Below, in pieces: positions 1-7,536 of a stretch of DNA of 34,447 nucleotides. Each line of letters opens with the position of its first letter. The first letter of the stretch is position 1. The notes below the pieces were generated by a model. The model saw nothing but the letters and a program-made list of their open reading frames with translations, made no database searches and had not been told where the DNA came from. Made by a program: the position numbers and the translations under genes. The stretch is from positions 2,643 through 37,089 of the forward strand of contig JAMCXF010000008.1 in assembly GCA_023475035.1 (NCBI GenBank), written 5' to 3'. This DNA comes from Candidatus Pacearchaeota archaeon (GTDB lineage Archaea > Nanobdellota > Nanobdellia > Pacearchaeales > GW2011-AR1).

Positions 1-15
1 ACGCTCTTCCGATCT
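1..15 (+). other. Illumina adapter remnant (assembly artefact)
   Basis: ACGCTCTTCCGATCT is the 3' end of the TruSeq read-1 adapter; it sits at the contig edge and interrupts the minus-strand ORF. Confidence 0.95.
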
Positions 16-680
16 GTTGAGTAGAGATATTCTGGATTTGAAATTTTCTTTATTTTTTGTTTTTGAATCTCATTTGTAATTTTTTCTTTAGAAGGTAAAG
101 CAACAACAGAAACATCATTTTGTTTTAGTTCATTAAAATAAAGGGTTAATCTGTTTAATTGTTGGTTTAAGGAAATGAATTCTTTCTCATAATCATAGTC
201 AAAATTTTCAATCTTAGTGAATGGAGGAATTTCAATTGCAATATTCGGAGTAATCTCTGAAAATTCAAGAAGTTTTTTGATTGAAGGTTTTATGGCTTCA
301 AGAGTTCTTTCTGCTTTTTCAGGACGTTCTGTATCACAGAAAATTACATTCGGCTGAAAATTTTTTATTTTTTCAACTGCTTTTTTTGAAAGCGCGTCTG
401 CAACAAGAACTTCAACATTTTGAATTTTTAATTTTTTTAAATTTTCAATTAGAATATTTGCACTGCTTTTGTCAGATTCAATCGCTAAAACTTTCCCGCA
501 AACTTTCGCGAAAGCAAAAGTTTGCCCGCCGATTCCAGCGCCGATTTCAACTAATTTCTCACATCTCAATTTATCGGCGCGATAAAGAGCAACGACTTCA
601 GGAGTTGCGAATCTCAAATATTTTTCAGGAACTTTCAATATATCTTGGTAAAGAATTGGTTGTTTTGGGGAGCGTGTCAT
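16..680 (-). CDS. Class I SAM-dependent methyltransferase (Tgs1-like N-terminal motif), 3'-truncated by the contig edge
   Basis: Missing from the ORF track because it has no stop. Manual translation from ATG 680: MTRSPKQPILYQDILKVPEKYLRFATPEVVALYRADKLRCEKLVEIGAGIGGQTFAFAKVCGKVLAIESD... Motif I is EIGAGIGG, motif II is AIE, motif III is VADA. An in-frame TTG at 638 is an alternative start. Confidence 0.85.
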
Positions 681-687
681 TTTAAAA

Positions 688-760
688 CGTCCCGGAGAGG
701 ACTCGAACCTCTGACATCATGGTTAACAGCCATGCGCTCTACCAACTGAGCTACCGAGAC
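688..760 (-). tRNA. tRNA-Asn(GTT)
   Basis: Cloverleaf GTCTCGGTAGCTCAGTTGGTAGAGCGCATGGCTGTTAACCATG...GTTCGAGTCCTCTCCGGGACG; anticodon loop CTGTTAA; no intron, no encoded CCA. Confidence 0.97.
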
Positions 761-792
761 ATAATATCTTGAAAAAAAGATGATATATAAAA

Positions 793-1311
793 TTATTCTT
801 TCTTTTGTTTTCTTTCTTTTAACCCTAAATCCAGAATTGGTTTTTCCTGGTGTTTCTCAAGGTGGCTGTAAACATTTGCCTGTTTTGCTCCCTGCACTAT
901 TGAAATGACTGCGTCCTGTGCTTTCTTCATATTTTCAGGAGAACCTATAATTCCTACTTCATTATTGTTCATTTCAAAAAAGCATTCTGTCAATTGACTT
1001 AGTGTTCTCAGGGTTTTTCCTCCTGTTCCAATTATTCTTGCTCTAATTGTTCCAAAATCTTTTCTGTGCGTGTAATCTTTTATATTCAGGATTTCAAAAA
1101 GAAAATCCTCGCTTTTTATTAGTAATGCAACAGGCGGGCGAAATCCAAACTGAATAGCGTCGATAACTTTTCCCGCGATGTATTCATTTTCAGGTTTTCC
1201 TTCTAAAGATATGCCTTCGTCATTGACAATTATTTTTACATTAAGTATTCTTTCAAGTTTTTTCTTGATTTTTATTATCTTTTCAGTATTTTCAGAAGTG
1301 TTTATTATCAT
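793..1311 (-). CDS. KH-domain RNA-binding ribosome biogenesis protein (Pno1/Dim2/Krr1 family)
   Basis: RARIIGTGGKT KH GxxG loop, AIQFGF, and C-terminal GAKQANVYSHLE; adjacent to aIF1A as is typical in archaea. Confidence 0.9.
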   Translation of the reverse strand: MIINTSENTEKIIKIKKKLERILNVKIIVNDEGISLEGKPENEYIAGKVIDAIQFGFRPPVALLIKSEDFLFEILNIKDYTHRKDFGTIRARIIGTGGKTLRTLSQLTECFFEMNNNEVGIIGSPENMKKAQDAVISIVQGAKQANVYSHLEKHQEKPILDLGLKERKQKKE

Positions 1312-1335
1312 AAAATATTAAATCATATTATATTT

Positions 1336-1686
1336 TTAAAACTCGCTTTTCTCTGTCTTGAGATAGCCGTTTTTCTTCAGCCATTCAACCTGATTTGGCT
1401 TGTATTTCAGGATTACGTCTCCTTTATCTTTGTCAAGTTCCCAAGGCTCTACAATCACAACATCGCCAGGACGAAGCCAAAGTTTTCTTTTCAATCGCCC
1501 AGGAACTCTTGAATTTCTTACTTTTCCGTCAGAGCAGTTTACAAGCATTTTGTTCCCTCCAAGCCTTTGTTCTATAACCCCTATTACTTCCTCTCCTTTT
1601 GGCAATGGAGCACGGCTAACAACCTGCTGTTCGCTTTCGGGTTCGTCTTCTGTTGCATTAATATCCTGAAATTCTTCTTCCACCAT
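1336..1686 (-). CDS. eif1a: Translation initiation factor aIF-1A
   Basis: GVIEQRLGGNKMLVNCSDGKVRNSRVPGRLKRKLWLRPGDVVIVEPWE is the eIF1A OB-fold signature. Confidence 0.97.
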   Translation of the reverse strand: MVEEEFQDINATEDEPESEQQVVSRAPLPKGEEVIGVIEQRLGGNKMLVNCSDGKVRNSRVPGRLKRKLWLRPGDVVIVEPWELDKDKGDVILKYKPNQVEWLKKNGYLKTEKSEF

Positions 1687-1721
1687 TCTAAGACAAAAGG
1701 AAATGAATTTATAAATTATTC

Positions 1722-2021
1722 TTACAGAAGAACTAGTGCTACGGGAACGCCCTGAATTTCTTTTATTCCTTCCTGACTGATTATGCCTTCTTCAAGTGCA
1801 ATTTTAACAGAATTTTTTCCGACAATATTGAAAGTCGCGTCTTCCCTTACCATATCATTGATTATTCTCCTCACTTCTTCCTCATTTGCTTCTTTCCCTT
1901 TATAGAAATTTTCCTTCACATTTATCTGGAATTTTTCATCTTCGAAAATTTTTCCAAGAATTTCTTTATCGCAGATTGCGACAATATCCCTATAAGATTT
2001 TATAACATTAATGAAATACAT
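1722..2021 (-). CDS. DUF424 family protein
   Basis: IVAICDKEILGK, FYKG, NIVGKNSV and GVP motifs typical of archaeal DUF424. Confidence 0.85.
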   Translation of the reverse strand: MYFINVIKSYRDIVAICDKEILGKIFEDEKFQINVKENFYKGKEANEEEVRRIINDMVREDATFNIVGKNSVKIALEEGIISQEGIKEIQGVPVALVLL

Positions 2022-2055
2022 AAAAATAAGAAAAAAAATTAATTAATAAACTCTC

Positions 2056-2229
2056 TTATTTATTTTTAGCTGCAAAATCTTTTGAAACCACACGCCAGCA
2101 GTCATATGAACCTGTTGGAGACTTTGTAACAGCGAAAGATCTTCCGCTTTTTACTACGATTTTGTAATCGCTTGTTTTGAATTTTTTCTTTGTTTTGACA
2201 TCGAAAAATTCTAAATTTTCTTTTGCCAT
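2056..2229 (-). CDS. Small basic protein (57 aa), CC1-like putative chromatin protein
   Basis: Not in the ORF track. MAKENLEFFDVKTKKKFKTSDYKIVVKSGRSFAVTKSPTGSYDCWRVVSKDFAAKNK, preceded by SD AGGAGGT. Resembles Thermoproteales CC1 as recalled from memory. Confidence 0.8.
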   Translation of the reverse strand: MAKENLEFFDVKTKKKFKTSDYKIVVKSGRSFAVTKSPTGSYDCWRVVSKDFAAKNK

Positions 2230-2244
2230 TTTTACCTCCTTGAT

Positions 2245-2391
2245 TTATTTCTTACCCATCATTCTGCAGACAGTAGTTCCGCATTTAGGGCATCTTCCCT
2301 TCATCATTGTAGTTCCCCTCGCAGTCTTAGTCTCTTTTCCTTCTTTCATTTCGACACTTTGTTTGCATTTTACACAATAAGCTTCAACCAT
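2245..2391 (-). CDS. Small basic zinc-ribbon protein (48 aa), DUF5679-like
   Basis: Not in the ORF track. MVEAYCVKCKQSVEMKEGKETKTARGTTMMKGRCPKCGTTVCRMMGKK, with two CxxC pairs and SD AAGGAGG. Confidence 0.88.
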   Translation of the reverse strand: MVEAYCVKCKQSVEMKEGKETKTARGTTMMKGRCPKCGTTVCRMMGKK

Positions 2392-2500
2392 TTTTCCTCC
2401 TTGTGAATTTAGATATTACAAATTCTATGAATCTGTACATATTTTAAAGATAAATTCTTCTTTTAAACCTTTTGAAAAATATTTAACTCTGAAATATCCG

Positions 2501-2911
2501 TTAAATCTTGCTTCGTACACTATGCTTCGCACCACACGCTAAACATTTTACAAACGCAATCCTGTCTTCTTTGACTAATTCTGTGTCGGGCTTTCCGCAA
2601 TTTTTGCATAAAACAAACTCCTTAACATACTGTTCAACTTTCTGATTTATTTTCGCACTTGGAACATTCATATTAAAGACTAATCTGTCTCCTTCTTTTT
2701 GTCCTGATACTGCCAATTCTCTTAGCAAAAATTTCTGGAAATGTTCGGGATTTCTTCGAATATAATCTGCAATGTGAAAGAAATTTGTCAATATGGTTTT
2801 CTTCCCTTCAAAATGCCCTTCAACTTTAGGAATTTCAAATCTTTCCCCAGAAGTTTCTGGCTTTTTTATCTTGCTGTAAGCTTCATTAAGCAGTTCTTCA
2901 TAATCATTCAT
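2501..2911 (-). CDS. eif2b: Translation initiation factor aIF-2 beta subunit
   Basis: YEELL..AY, ERFEIP, FLLRELA and the C-terminal CKNCGKPDT...CLACGA zinc finger. Confidence 0.97.
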   Translation of the reverse strand: MNDYEELLNEAYSKIKKPETSGERFEIPKVEGHFEGKKTILTNFFHIADYIRRNPEHFQKFLLRELAVSGQKEGDRLVFNMNVPSAKINQKVEQYVKEFVLCKNCGKPDTELVKEDRIAFVKCLACGAKHSVRSKI

Positions 2912-2932
2912 AAAATTAGTTGCTAAGAAATG

Positions 2933-2940
2933 TTTATAAA
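2933..2940. promoter_or_regulatory. Palindromic TATA box TTTATAAA shared by two divergent genes
   Basis: Exactly 21 nt from the eif2b ATG (2911, minus) and 21 nt from the ATG at 2962 (plus). Confidence 0.75.
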
Positions 2941-2961
2941 ATTATTTGATTTGAACTTATT

Positions 2962-3552
2962 ATGGAAAAGGGGAGAAAAAAGAAATTTAGCGGAAGGAAT
3001 CTTGCCCTTACAATAATTATAGGAGTTTTTATCGCAATTATGATTATTACTTTATTCAATCTTGTTGTAACTTATTTTTATGAGGAACCTCAATATGACG
3101 ACTTTTGCAAGAATATCGGAATTGAACCTTATCCTATCAAGTACGGGACAAGCACTAGCCAGTGTTTAAACTGCACTTTTTCTCCAAGCTTGCAGGCGCA
3201 GGTAGAACAATGCATGCAGGAAGGAGGAATGTCTGTTTACAATTATAATGATGAAGGATGCACAGTCTCACTTAAAATGTGCGATTTTTGCGCGAAAGAT
3301 TTTGACAATGCTGTAAAAACTTACAACAGAAACACTTTTTTCATTTATGCTGCAATCGGATTTGCAATGATTGTCGCAGGATTGTTTATCGGAATTTTAT
3401 TAATACAAATTATTGCTCTTCCTGCAGGAGCTTTTCTTGTTATTGAAGCTGCTGTAAAAAATTTCGACGATAAACTTTACATCATTATCACATTTTCATT
3501 ATTAATTGTTGCTGCAATCTATCTTGCATTAAAAAAATTAGGAAATAGATAA
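2962..3552 (+). CDS. Membrane protein with a Cys-rich extracytoplasmic loop
   Basis: One N-terminal TM helix, a loop with 7 Cys (YDDFC, CLNC, C...GG, C, CDFC), then about three C-terminal TM helices. Confidence 0.8.
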   Translation: MEKGRKKKFSGRNLALTIIIGVFIAIMIITLFNLVVTYFYEEPQYDDFCKNIGIEPYPIKYGTSTSQCLNCTFSPSLQAQVEQCMQEGGMSVYNYNDEGCTVSLKMCDFCAKDFDNAVKTYNRNTFFIYAAIGFAMIVAGLFIGILLIQIIALPAGAFLVIEAAVKNFDDKLYIIITFSLLIVAAIYLALKKLGNR

Positions 3553-4179
3553 TTATCCTAACCAACGAACTTTTCCAGGACGAGGTTCAAAAATAATTCC
3601 TTCTTCAAGAAGTTTTTTTATTTCCTGATTAATTATTTCAGGAGCGACATCTCTGATTTGCATAATTAACTCTTCTTTATCAATTCCTCCGTCTTTTTCT
3701 GCATCTTTTATCCTGTCAAGAATTCTGTCTTTTACTGCAACAATTTGCTCTTTGGCTAACGGAGCGCTGTTTCTGTTTTTTTCCTTTTCAATTTCCAGTT
3801 TTCTTATTAGGAGATATTTTGTGTCCTGCTCTTTTATTATTTCAGGAGCAATGTAAGTTTCATTGTTGAAGTTTCTTAAATTTCCTATAACCAGAACAGT
3901 TTGTCCCTGAAATGCATTTTTGAATTTGCTGACATCATCGCCAAAAAATTTTAATTTTATCTGTCCGCTTCCGTCATCAATTGTCAAAAAACAATACCTT
4001 TTTTCGCCTTCATTTTCATATTTGTCGACGATGTTTCCGATTATATTAACTCTAATAATCTTTTTGTCTCCCAATTCCAGAAAAGCAAATCTTTCTCCGT
4101 CAAAAATTGGCTTGCCTACAATAATATCTCCGATTCTGAACTTATACGCAACGTTTCGTTTAAATTGCCCTTCTGTCAT
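3553..4179 (-). CDS. RPA32/Rpa2-like ssDNA-binding subunit (OB fold plus C-terminal winged helix)
   Basis: RVNIIGNIVDK, LTIDDGSGQI OB-fold motif, and the EEGIIFEPRPG winged-helix end. Confidence 0.88.
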   Translation of the reverse strand: MTEGQFKRNVAYKFRIGDIIVGKPIFDGERFAFLELGDKKIIRVNIIGNIVDKYENEGEKRYCFLTIDDGSGQIKLKFFGDDVSKFKNAFQGQTVLVIGNLRNFNNETYIAPEIIKEQDTKYLLIRKLEIEKEKNRNSAPLAKEQIVAVKDRILDRIKDAEKDGGIDKEELIMQIRDVAPEIINQEIKKLLEEGIIFEPRPGKVRWLG

Positions 4180-4684
4180 TTAACAAAACCTCCAAAATTT
4201 TATCCGCATTTGATTCTGTATAATAATTTACTGAAAGCTTATCAAGAATAAATTTTACTTTTTCGTCGATATTTTTTTGAAAAGACTGATTAACGGAGCG
4301 AATTCCATCTTCTTTTAGGTAGCTAGGATTTATCGGAACTCTGAACAAAAAACTGTAATCAACTATTTTTTCTTTTACAAAATCTTCAAGCAATTTATTT
4401 TCCCCGCATTTATTCATATAATACGCATAACTGTCGAGTACACTTCTGTCGCAAACAAGAATATCACATCTGTTAATGTATTCCAATTCTTTTGCATACT
4501 GAGTGTAAATAATCCATTCCTGCGCTTCTTTTGAAGTGTTCTCATTTATCGGCAAAGGACAGGTTCTTGCAATTTCTCCAAGAAATTCTGCGTTAATGTC
4601 TCTCTTTTTTAATGCAGCAACTAACTCATGAGCAAGTGTTGTCTTGCCTGTTCCATGCGTTCCAATTAATGCTATTTTTTTCAT
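4160..4684 (-). CDS. NadR/Ttd14-type (AAA_28) P-loop nucleotide kinase-like protein
   Basis: IALIGTHGTGKTT Walker A, EIAR, VCDRSVLD and DGIR motifs. ATG 4684 preferred over TTG 4717. Confidence 0.85.
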   Translation of the reverse strand: MKKIALIGTHGTGKTTLAHELVAALKKRDINAEFLGEIARTCPLPINENTSKEAQEWIIYTQYAKELEYINRCDILVCDRSVLDSYAYYMNKCGENKLLEDFVKEKIVDYSFLFRVPINPSYLKEDGIRSVNQSFQKNIDEKVKFILDKLSVNYYTESNADKILEVLLNDRRAI

Positions 4685-4721
4685 TCTCTTTTTTACAATC
4701 GTAGTTTTTTCTACCAAGGTA

Positions 4722-4745
4722 GTTTCTTTTTTCTAAAAAAGAAAC
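4722..4745. repeat. Perfect 11-bp inverted repeat with a 2-nt spacer
   Basis: GTTTCTTTTTT-CT-AAAAAAGAAAC between mcm and the AAA_28 gene; a second small palindrome CTACC-AA-GGTAG lies at 4711-4722. Confidence 0.7.
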
Positions 4746-4778
4746 CCCGTTTTTTAAAGATTAGCGAGTAGAAAATAT

Positions 4779-6812
4779 TTAACTTCCTGTTCGCTGAATA
4801 AATCCTCTTCTAGGAGAAAAAATTTCCCCTGAACTTTTCAATTTGTCCATTGCTTCATCAATTTCTGCAGGATTCATTTTTCCTTCAAGCTCTTTCTCAA
4901 TTTCTTCCATGGGAATCATTTTTCCTATTTTGTTTTCCAAGTCGATGATTATGTCCCTGACTCCGAGAATCTTGCTTCGCTGCGAGGAAGAAAATCTTCC
5001 TGAAATTCTGTCGATGTCAAAAGTTTTTGATTCGTAATCATAACCAACCTGCATAAGATAATATTTCATAATGTCTATTGCAATTTTAGCATCTTCTCTT
5101 GTGACTTTTTTGCTCAGCCTGACTTTTGCAGATGCCTCTGCCATTCTAATTAATGCCTGCAACTGTCTCGCTGAAATCGGAATCGGACGCAAAGCCCCTT
5201 CAACAGAAACCGGCTTGTTTCTCAATTCAATATAGAAAGTTTTTATCTCTTCTATTGCGTCGTCACTTAATTCAGGTTTTATTCTTTGCTTTGCATAAGC
5301 AACATATTTCCTAAACAACTCTCTAGATATAAGAACTTCAACTCCTTCTTTTCTATGTTCGTGCAAAACATGGTCTGCAATTCTTTCATCTTTCTGCCTG
5401 TCAGGAATATCTCTTAACGTGAAAATTATGTCAAATCTGTTAATCAGCGTCGGAGGCAAATCAATCTGCTGGGCAATTGGCTGGCTTGGGTCAAATCTTC
5501 CGAATTTAGGGTTTGCTGCTGCAAGAACAGATGTTTCTGCTCGCAATGTCGCTTGAACATTCGCTTTTGAAACTGTAATTGTCTGTTGTTCCATTGCTTC
5601 GTGCATCGCACTTCTGTCATTAGGGTCCATTTTTTCCAATTCATCGACGCAAACCAGTCCTTTGTTTGCGAGAACCATTGCTCCTGCTTCTAAACTCCAT
5701 CCTCTCAAATATTCATCTCTTACAACTGTTGCTGTCAGTCCTGCTCCTGATGCTGATTTACCGACGACATATCTTCCTTTTGGAGAAATGTTTGCCATAA
5801 AACCCAATGTAACTGATTTTGCAACTCCTGGGTCTCCTATCAATAAAATGTGAATGTCTCCTCTGCTTTTTTGTCCGTCTCTATGAACTTTCTGAACTCC
5901 GCTGAATAACTGCAAAACCAGGGATTTTTTTATTTCTTCATAACCCCATACACTTGGAGTAATGCTTTTTGCGAGGTTATCAAAAACTCTTGGGTCTTCT
6001 GAAAGTTCAAGAATTTGCCTTTCATCTTCTTCAGAAATGTCAAGCTCTTCAAATGTCTCTTCCATTGGAATGATATTATTTGCTTCAATTGCAAGTTCAA
6101 ATCTCGTCGATAATCCTCCTGTCTGCAATGGGATAGGGACTTCTTTTAAAATTCCTATGACTTTTACTCTGCTTCCAGGAGTTGTTTTCTCCTCCATTCT
6201 TGGTTCTACTAAATCTTCTTTTACAAAAACATTAATTCTTTTCGGCTGTTCTCCTCCTGAAAGAGATTCCGGCGCTTCCTCGACGACTAATCTTTGGGTA
6301 TCAACCATTTCTTTGCTTAACAATTTGAATCCTCCTCTTCTGCCGCAAGAACATCTTGGTGGCTCGCGGAATTTTTTTTCTATTTGAAGAACTGACATAA
6401 CTGTTCCACAGGACGGGCATTCAAATTTTGCATTTACAACCTGAGGACGAACATCTGAAGCCTGACGGATTATTCCTTCAATAACAATCATTTCATTAAG
6501 ATGTTTTGAACGGATATTCCTTACTTTTATCTCCAAACTTTTTGGCAGATTTATAAGCCTGACACGGGCGTTTTTTATCATCCCGATTTCTTCAACAGCA
6601 AGTTCAATTATTCTGAGAACTTCTTCTGGATTTGCAAGGATTTCATCAGAAAGTTTATTTGAAAATTCCGTAAGCTTCATAAATTCAAGGGAAATAACAT
6701 TCATTCCTGTTCTGAGGGATTTCCCCATTTCTTTCTTGTAAAAATCAAAGAACGCTTTAGCTTCAATTATCAAGTCCTCTGTTTTGCTCTTTTGCTCTTT
6801 TTCATCACCCAT
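4779..6812 (-). CDS. mcm: MCM replicative helicase
   Basis: CPSC...CSC zinc motif, HILLIGDPGVAKS Walker A, GLTATV, LEAGAMVLA, VCVDELEKM, AAANPKFGRFD, ISARQL; no intein. Confidence 0.99.
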   Translation of the reverse strand: MGDEKEQKSKTEDLIIEAKAFFDFYKKEMGKSLRTGMNVISLEFMKLTEFSNKLSDEILANPEEVLRIIELAVEEIGMIKNARVRLINLPKSLEIKVRNIRSKHLNEMIVIEGIIRQASDVRPQVVNAKFECPSCGTVMSVLQIEKKFREPPRCSCGRRGGFKLLSKEMVDTQRLVVEEAPESLSGGEQPKRINVFVKEDLVEPRMEEKTTPGSRVKVIGILKEVPIPLQTGGLSTRFELAIEANNIIPMEETFEELDISEEDERQILELSEDPRVFDNLAKSITPSVWGYEEIKKSLVLQLFSGVQKVHRDGQKSRGDIHILLIGDPGVAKSVTLGFMANISPKGRYVVGKSASGAGLTATVVRDEYLRGWSLEAGAMVLANKGLVCVDELEKMDPNDRSAMHEAMEQQTITVSKANVQATLRAETSVLAAANPKFGRFDPSQPIAQQIDLPPTLINRFDIIFTLRDIPDRQKDERIADHVLHEHRKEGVEVLISRELFRKYVAYAKQRIKPELSDDAIEEIKTFYIELRNKPVSVEGALRPIPISARQLQALIRMAEASAKVRLSKKVTREDAKIAIDIMKYYLMQVGYDYESKTFDIDRISGRFSSSQRSKILGVRDIIIDLENKIGKMIPMEEIEKELEGKMNPAEIDEAMDKLKSSGEIFSPRRGFIQRTGS

Positions 6813-6865
6813 GACTAAGAAATAGGATTTTTGTTTAAATGGATTTCTGTGATTTGAAAATAGAA

Positions 6866-7348
6866 TTAGTTTACAAGATAACCTTTGAGAGTATTATCAC
6901 ATGTTTGAGGAGAAGTGGCTCCATTCAGTCCTCCGCTTATACAATTACAGGAAACTCCATAAGTAATTGGACTTCCCCAAGCATTTACACATTTGTAATA
7001 ATATACAGTTGAACCGCAATTTCCGCATTGCACTGTTTGACATGTTGGCGAAAATGTTATAGTATTTGGATTTGAACAGGTGTCTCGTACTTGATATATT
7101 CCACTTGCTTTTGTAATACCTATTTCAGAACAAATCCAGTTTGCTCCATCTAATTTCAAAAATTGTCCTGAATCACAACCTGTCGGAGGAGCCATTTCTC
7201 CTATACTGTGCCCAAATGTTTGGGGAGCATTTGTTCCGTAAGCATAGACACTAACGCCTAAAATTGTTAAAATTCCTAAAATGATAAAAGTGTAAAGCCC
7301 ACGATTTGAAAGATTAATTTGTATAAATTTCCCTCTTTTCTTTGTCAT
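6866..7348 (-). CDS. Secreted or membrane-anchored Cys-rich surface protein
   Basis: Basic N-terminus, hydrophobic stretch ending VYA, a C..GQFLKLDGANWIC motif, and a Cys/Thr/Gly-rich C-terminal domain; TATA-like 8-mer 21 nt upstream. Confidence 0.75.
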   Translation of the reverse strand: MTKKRGKFIQINLSNRGLYTFIILGILTILGVSVYAYGTNAPQTFGHSIGEMAPPTGCDSGQFLKLDGANWICSEIGITKASGIYQVRDTCSNPNTITFSPTCQTVQCGNCGSTVYYYKCVNAWGSPITYGVSCNCISGGLNGATSPQTCDNTLKGYLVN

Positions 7349-7415
7349 ACTAATTTAAACTTTAATAACTTTTTAAATATTGTTAACGAGGCTGTAATAA
7401 CTAATTAAAATTCAA

Positions 7416-7490
7416 TGAGGCTGCACAGATTTGAACTGTGGACCCCTGCCTTATCAGAGCAGTGCTCTAGCCTGGCTGAGCTACAGCCTC
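7416..7490 (-). tRNA. tRNA-Ile(GAT)
   Basis: GAGGCTGTAGCTCAGCCAGGCTAGAGCACTGCTCTGATAAGGCAGGGGTCCACAGTTCAAATCTGTGCAGCCTCA; anticodon loop CTGATAA. Confidence 0.96.
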
Positions 7491-7536
7491 ATATATACTT
7501 TCAGGAATAAAAGTTATTTAAAAGTTTTTGCAATTC

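Noticed and set aside
1-15. Terminal sequence as a biological repeat or genome end
   Set aside because: It matches the Illumina adapter.
281-685. 134-aa plus-strand ORF in the track
   Set aside because: It is an antisense shadow of the minus-strand methyltransferase.
2177-2380. 67-aa plus-strand ORF
   Set aside because: It is antisense to the two SD-led small genes.
4843-6387. Plus-strand ORFs inside mcm, and similar shadows inside metG, minD, valS, prf1, topA and others
   Set aside because: They are Ser/Phe/Ile-rich antisense or off-frame shadows of well-supported genes, with no motifs or promoters.
4779-6812. Intein in MCM (also considered for RadB and TopA)
   Set aside because: Motifs are contiguous, core lengths are normal, and no splice-junction or LAGLIDADG motifs are visible.
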